Source: Octopus sinensis
Lineage: Eukaryota
DNA length: 64,000 nucleotides
Assembly: GCF_006345805.1 (NCBI RefSeq)
Contig: NC_042998.1
Span: 125,798,001 to 125,862,000 of the forward strand
Direction: 5' to 3'
In this document: piece after piece, positions 56,651-64,000 of the stretch
Numbering within the stretch: position 1 is the first letter of the stretch
Layout of the letters: every line of letters begins with the position of its first letter
Program-made: the position numbers and the translations under genes
The notes under the pieces: generated by a model
What the model was told of the DNA's origin: nothing
The model's input: the letters and a program-made list of their open reading frames with translations, nothing else
Database searches by the model: none

Positions 56651-57663
56651 AATCCCAGCGGTAAATGAAACTTATACCAAAAAGCTTTATTGCTAATTTT
56701 CTTTATCATTTTGTCTGCAGTCGTACCTATAACTTATCGTGCTCTTCTAAACTGCTGGATACATACAACTGGGTGGAAATAACGGCTAATGTTCAGTTTA
56801 AAATCTTGAAAGTCGATAGTTGATAGCAAAACGTTTGCATAGCAGGAAACCAGATGTAACGCGTTTAGAGTGAGTCTTAGCAGAAAGCGAGTAAGTAGTT
56901 TCAGTGAATAAAGAAAGACGTGTAAGGTCAGCCTTTGTTTTTGATATCCCTAGTCAGCCCTGTTGTTATTGCAGTTGTCTTTGTTGTAGTTGTTCTCTAG
57001 TCCTGTGACACCCCAGATAGAACAAACCTATGATGTAAGATGTTCAAGTTCAAGACGTGACTATGTTGTCTGTCTTTTGGGATGTGTGATCAAAGATTGC
57101 ACTATCCAATGAATCCGTCCTCTTTTTAAAACACAGAGTGTGATTGGGGGTAGATTTGACTGCTATTTCCAGTATGTCGAGTAAATGCATGTCTGGGTGT
57201 TTGAGACTGGAATTGGAATGATAAGGAATGTATGAGAAACAACAGACGGTACCCCTTACACCACCAGGCAGTCATTCATTGCTAGTATATTTTTTAAAGT
57301 AACCAGTATGATATCGTGTAGTGTTGTATTTCGTGTTCTCTGTAGTTTATTGTTTAGCCTTAAATAAACTTTTATCGAGCAGACCCACTGCCAAGGGGGT
57401 TCTGCAGGGTCTCACCACATCTTATATTCTAATACAATATATCTAGGATCACATTAGTCAGTGTCGTTTTTCTTTAAGATGAAAGTGTGTGGTATGAGGG
57501 AAATTTGGCTGTCATTTCTAGCAGTTAAAAAGTCCGCATCGAGGCTTTCTTGGTGGTTTGTTATGGCTATAAGCGTGCGGTCATGACCAATGCAACCCAT
57601 GAGTTATCTAATATGTTGTTATCGTTTCTCTATCTTATGTGCGTTCTTTGTATCTGTGAGCCA

Positions 57664-57726
<63 letters not shown>

Positions 57727-58370
57727 ATCTGTCTTGCTGTGTTGAACATGTTGTTGGGGTAGCATAGGTAATTTTTAATATTTTTGTTGTCTGTGTATGA
57801 GGTATGTTGTTTGGGTTAGTGGTTGGGTATACTTGATCTTTTTGCGTAGTTATTGAGAAGAGAAATAGCGGTTTCGAAATGTGCTATTCAGAGTTCTATG
57901 AAAGAGTCAGCTTTCTAGGTCGTTGATCTAGAATTGGAGTAGTTGTGCAACTATGTCTGCGAAGTGGCAGGAGGAAGCAATTGTGACGTCTTCGGCGTGT
58001 GAGATTGCATATGTCCTTGGAAGTGCTGTGTGCATATTGAAGTCTCTTCCAATGATGGTGTGTTTGAGAACATGTTAAGTTGACCAAATTAGAGTGCGTA
58101 GTCTGGTAGGATGGTTAATGAGATTCGTAGTGGCACACACACGGCTATTGTGTTTCTCTTCGCTGAGTTTTAATTTTAAATACAAACATTTTTAATGCTA
58201 TTGTGTCCTATTTGTGTTCGAACATCGTTTGTATCGTGTTTGTACTAGATGCAAGATGTTATGAAAAGTATGAGACCTGCATCACGGTTTGGTCTGTCTT
58301 TTTTTACCGAATGTGTTATCTTGGACCTAAATATCGTTTTTGAGTTTGTAGTTTTGTTTCTTCTAATACT

Positions 58371-58564
58371 GGTTTCAAAAGTTAACTCAAAGCTCGCAAT
58401 TTCGAGGGAGGGGTTAAGTCGATTACATCGACTCCACTGCTCAACTGGTACTTATTTCATCGACCCTAAAAGATGAAAGGCAAAGTCAATCGCGGCGAAA
58501 TTTGAACTCAAAACGTAAAGACGGGCAAAATGCATGCTAACGTTCTGCCAGTTCGCCGCCCTAA
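58371..58564 (-). mobile_element. SINE family B copy with 14-bp TSD
   Basis: TSD tttcttctaatact at 58357-58370 and 58565-58578; homologous to 20821-21075. Confidence 0.85.
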
Positions 58565-61388
58565 TTTCTTCTAATACTAATGTGTGAATGTTGCGCGTAG
58601 TGCTGGAGTATTTTTGCTCTGCGAGACGATTTTTAAAGACCGTTTGCATTCTAAAATGTGTTACGTGCATATTTTTTAATGGCTATATGACACGGATTGG
58701 TTTCATTAATAGCTGTATATTGTATGCGTATGTGCTTGTTCATGAAGACGCATGGTTAGAGTGTTCGTCTCACGATCATTAAGTCGAGTGGCGCGTAGTA
58801 TCCTTGAGCAAAGCAATTCGTTTTATGTTGCTCCACTCTACTCAGCCGTAACGAGTTCCATCCAGGTGCTCAAGCAATGCTCTCTTTCTCCTTCCGGTTA
58901 TCACATCCTGAATGTTTTGTAGGTTAAAGGTGAGAGGCTGCCTATGTTTATTCGCGACTATATAAACACTTAAAACAATTTGCAAAAGCATGGTATATGC
59001 TACCAAGTCATAACTGTACGCAAGTGACGACTGACTGGAGGTCGTAGTCTATGTGTGTGACGCGTTTAGGCTTTTCTGTATCAATTGCCTTTGTTGTTGA
59101 TGATGATGTACTAAGTGCAGTAACCAGAGTTTTTAAGGAGTTGATTATGGTAGGTATTACTATGTTTTTATGCCATGCTTTGCTATATTTCAGAAAAGTT
59201 GTGTCATGTTTTGTGTTTTGTGTTGTAAATTTTCTGTTACATTACAGCATTCATATTATTTGTATTATACGATTCACATGATTTTGCTGATCCACGTGAT
59301 TTTCTGTGCCGGCATTTTGTCGTTCGACGGGATTTCCAGCTGTGCGAATCCCATCTTTTCTATACTCTTTCCAAAATTAAATTATTTTTCCTTGTGAGAA
59401 CTTTGTAGGAAATTAGCTATTTTTAGATGATTAAGCGACTGTTTAGAATTCCCTTGATGGCTTGTGAAATGAATTATCGTTCTTGTTGTTGTTTGTTCCA
59501 CATGAACCCTGATCGAGAAGACACGCTCAAAGTATTTTTGTTGATACCATCCGGTATTTTTTCTTGGCATGTTGTATCCAGAACGATATTACTCAACATG
59601 TCCTGATTTTTTTCTAAAACGATAGTGTGTAAGCGGAAGGAGATTTGGCTGCTGTTTCTAACAGGTTGAACGACTATGTAGACACCCCACCCCCTTTTGG
59701 TTTGTGAACTAAGTTGTTTAATTTAGAAGTTTTAAATTATTCACAATGAATTTATTTTATTGATCTACTTGATTTGGCATAAAAGATCTATACGGAATGG
59801 AAGGGATGAATGTCATATTCAAGTATTTCGCAATTATAAATGAAGTCACTTCAATTTAGAATCGAAAATATGCTGTGAACATATTTCAGAGTATATACCT
59901 TGCTCGACAGTACAGTCAAATATTGATGTCTAACATAGACGCATGGCTACAAATTTAGGATGAATGTAGCACTGGATTAACCATTAAACAAAATAAGCAC
60001 GTGCTTAGGGCATCAAGGGAAGGAGTGCACTACAGAAATAGTAAATGGTTTACGGCACAAAAGAAATCACTTTAAACTTGCTAAAATAGAACTCGAAGTG
60101 GTTTATATGATCAGAAATATAATTTCGAAGTGTTCATGCTGTCATAGTGAGGATCTGATCAAATGACTTTGCAATCAAAAACTGTAGGAGAAAACTTTTC
60201 AAATATAAATAAAGTTGAGATATACATAAATAATCATAATTTTCCATCTTACCGTTAGTTTTGTTTCATTTTGAAGAATGAAAATTATTCTTTATATTTT
60301 GAATTGTGTATATGTGTTTATGGGTCTTAATTCGGATCTGGATGAAGGGCACAGTCGATTACATATCTTTGTCAGTATTTGGCCGGTTTTTATTTTATCT
60401 GTATGAGAAATACGAACTGCAGTGTTGATATCAGCGGAATTTGAACACAGAACATAAAGAGACGCTGTTAAATACCGCAAAGGCGTGCTAACGATTCAGC
60501 TAATTTATAACACTTGTACAATGGAATATAGATTTCAAACAGGAACAAATCCTCAGTTTTGGGTGAGGGGTGTAATCGATTATATTAATCTAGTACTTAA
60601 CCGATATTTTACTTTATTGGCCACAGAACTGTGGAAGTTGACGTCGGTGAGCTTTGAACAAAGAGTGCAATGAGATATAACTAAAAAAGCCACTAAGTAT
60701 ACGGTCCAACACGCTACCAATTTCTCCATCACTTCTGTACAGTGAAATATGAATAACTCTTGACATAGTATAGAGGTGTAATTCTAAGAGGAATGTCGAA
60801 AGAGTAATTATGATACATGCTAGTTTCATTAAGAAGAATGTCAGTGCCACAGAGTGAAAATGAATTAACTTCGCTCAGGAGTCGAAACCAATGTGCAGGC
60901 TCGGCGGCTGGACACAATACTGTGACCCATGAGCTAAGATTTCATTTTACAAGAATTACAAGAATTTCTGATAAATATTCAGACACACGCACACATACAT
61001 TCTTCTTTTTGTTTTCTTTCTTTCTTCTCTCATTCCATTCTTCCAACTATTTATCTTAAATACAGTTTTGTTCATATGAAGTTATGCTGTCCTTTATGCT
61101 GTTTCCCTCACCATATGTTGTTAAGGAAATTCTCTCTACATAGGATTCGTACTGATTCCGCCCTTGGTAGGAAGCAAGACTTCCCGGTGAGTATAGTAGG
61201 AATCTGATTGACATCTTGTACCCGTGCAAAGATCAGATGGAATTAGCAATGTTAGCATTCCCTGCCTGCTTGCCTACTCAGACACGTGTCTGTATTTGTA
61301 TACAGTATATAGATTATGTGTCTGTGAGGATGGGCTGGTAAAGCGTATATATTATATCTTTCTTCGTGTAGGTGGGTATTTTTCACAT

Positions 61389-61458
<70 letters not shown>

Positions 61459-61974
61459 AAATATAAATGCCGTACATATGTGTGTGTGTATGTATGTATG
61501 TATGTACACACATAAATGCTTACGTAAATGCTTTTATCAAGAAATACGTATATGAATATGTATACTTTTTCATATAAACACGGATATAAATACGGATATA
61601 CACTCAGATATAAACAGGTGTATGCGAGCGAAACAAAGCATATGAGATAGAGTTGAAGCCTACGTATGGCAGAACAGCAGTTAGGTGGGCGGAACCATCT
61701 AGAGTGGATATTTGCACTTACCTATCTGTAAGTTCAAATCGTACCAGTGAGATTTCGAATTTCATCTTTCTTGGCGCAACAACAAAAAAAAAACAAAATT
61801 AAATTAAATTAAAATATTGTTACATCTGGGGATGGTCATATTTTGGCCAATTCCCCACACGCAATATATACTCATTCTTCAGTTCAGCTTTCAGTACCAG
61901 TGACGCACTGGGGTCCATGTAATCAACCTAGTACCTTCCCCAAAATTTCAAGCCTTGTGCATACAGTAGAAAGG

Positions 61975-62040
<66 letters not shown>

Positions 62041-63835
62041 GCCTTTGCACAGTTTCTAACGCTATAGATGTACTGCGGTGTCAGCTGCTCACTACCAGTG
62101 AACTAAGGTAACACCTCTTATTTTTCGAGCACCTTCCAGAGTATTCGGGCGGTTCCAAGCACTACTGTTTTCTGCAAGTGCTCCACCATAATTGCAGCCC
62201 CTATTTGTTCCACGTACTTCTCGAGATTTTTGCTCACTGTCCCCAGGGCTCTGACAATTATTGGTACTACTGCTACCTTTTTCATCGACCACAACTGATT
62301 AACTTCCCAAGCTAGCCTTTCTTTCTTCTCTATCGCATACCTTGTTGTCAGCTGGGCATGCTATATCTATGATCCAGCACAGTTTGTTTTCTTTCTCAAT
62401 TAAGACTATGACTGGCTTCCTATTCTATATCTCATGGTCGCACTGAACCATAAAATGCCATAGAATCTTTGCATTTCTATTTTCGACGATGCCTTCAGGT
62501 TTGCGGTCGTACCAATTTTTCCTCTATCAAGTCCATACTTGTTGCCAAGTGTCCAATGGACAAGCCTGGCTATATTGTCGTGGCGTCTCTTATATTCCTT
62601 CTGGGCTAGTGGCGTATATTGGCTGGTAATATGCCATACGGTTTCACCATTTTGTCCACAGATTCTGCACTTTCTGCTGTGTTGTTTATTCTGTATTTTA
62701 CAGAGTTTATTCTTAGTGCTTGCTCTTGAGCAGCACAGATTAGAGCCTCCGTTTCCGGTTTTAAATCACTTTTAGTCATCCACAGCCATCTTTTTTCCCT
62801 GTCTGTCTTATCTTCAACATCCCTATGAAATTGTCCATGCATTCTTTTCTTTACCCACCTATTTTCAGTTTCATTCGTTTTCAATTTCTTGCACAGTGCT
62901 TTATGTTTGCAACCTTTCATCCTACAAAAGCCTGACCTTCTAGTAATTGCCGTTCTGTGGCATTTTTACATACCATGCTATGCTGTTTTCTTCTGCTCTA
63001 ATGCTGTGTTCGCATCCAATAAGTCTTCTTCCTCTTCTTTTTCTTGGTACATACAGTCTGTGTGTGTCACTCTCTTCAAGACTAACACTCCACATTTTCT
63101 CAGTATACACCGTATCAACGCGGGAACTGACTTGGGCTTCATCTTTACCATAAAATTTGAAGTCATCCATGAATAAAAAATGGTTGACTTTTGTTGGCGG
63201 TCTTTGAATACATACCCAGCTTTTGCTTTCCTCAAAATCAATGTTAGTGGTATCAAGCACAGTACAAAGATCAGTGGGGACAGGCAGTTCCCTTGGAAGA
63301 TGCCCCCCACCACTAATTTCTACTGTCACTAAACTTCTTCCGTATGCTATCAGGTTCGTCCTCCAATTCGCCATACTTTTTCCAAGCAATCGCTCAACAT
63401 TCGATGCGATACCAAATAGGTTCATACATTCCATAATCCAAGAATGTGGGATCATATCGTGCGCCCTCCAATTCGCCATACTTTTTCCAAGCAATCGCTC
63501 GACATTCGATGCGATACCAGATAGGTTCATGCATTCCATAATCCAAGAATGTGGGATCATATCGTACGCCGTACGATAGTCGATCCATGACATGGCTAAG
63601 TTACTTTTCCTCTTCTTCCAGTCTCTGAGTACAGTTTTGTCTATCAGGAGCTGATCCTTGGTACTTCTGCACTTATGCTTGGAACCTTTCTGCTCACGTG
63701 GCAGGACTCCATTTTTTTCTAGATGTTCGTACATTGACTCTGCGAGTATTCCAGTCAATAACTTCCACATAAGTGGTAAACAGGATATCGGCCTGTAATT
63801 GTCTACCGCATTTCCTTTTCCGATGTTTTTCAAAA
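62041..63835 (-). mobile_element. 5'-truncated R4/Dong-like RLE retrotransposon with (AAT)n tail
   Basis: [72 protein letters not shown] and IIDIACPAD; tail at 61976-62040. Confidence 0.92.
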
Positions 63836-63879
63836 AAAAATTGATAAAAAATTACTTTTATTATTATTATTATTATTAC

Positions 63880-64000
63880 TTTTTTTTTCTTCTTTCAAAT
63901 TTGCTTCCATTTCTTGCCGAGTGTCTTCCCGACTCTTAGGGCAAAGAAACTCATAGTATACATTGGTAGGCCATTAAACCAAACTCAATAGTTCGTTCAT
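63880..64000 (-). mobile_element. 3' UTR of another Dong-like copy with (AAT)n tail, running off the window
   Basis: Reverse complement matches 52745-52833 (ggcctaccaatgtata..gagtttctttgccc..gtcgggaagaca..). Confidence 0.8.

Noticed and set aside
57740-59620. Possible Penelope-like remnants on the minus strand
   Set aside because: Too decayed; no intact RT or GIY-YIG motif could be read.

Overview
This is AT-rich, microsatellite-dense eukaryotic DNA. The tRNA-derived SINE families look like those of octopus, but this is an inference from recalled family sequences. I found no supportable host gene exon, rRNA, tRNA gene or CRISPR array, so the window reads as intergenic or intronic and is mostly transposable elements. 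Main contents: (1) two decayed DD34D mariner copies, a 5'-truncated DD37D (maT) copy and a mariner derivative made of two inverted 5' ends; (2) a full-length, nearly intact RTE-type LINE with a PHD finger inside its RT, tandem 366-367 bp 5' monomers and (TA)n flanks; (3) a Tx1/L1-like element that keeps ORF1 but has lost almost all of ORF2, inserted in a SINE next to a second related 3' end at the same 16-bp site; (4) a mini-Helitron whose RepHel N- and C-termini are fused in frame, plus a short non-autonomous Helitron; (5) several R4/Dong-like RLE LINE fragments tied to (AAT)n or (TATG)n tracts; (6) MITEs, fold-backs and a 1267-bp-period tandem duplication. Most ORFs in the supplied track are microsatellite or antisense artefacts.
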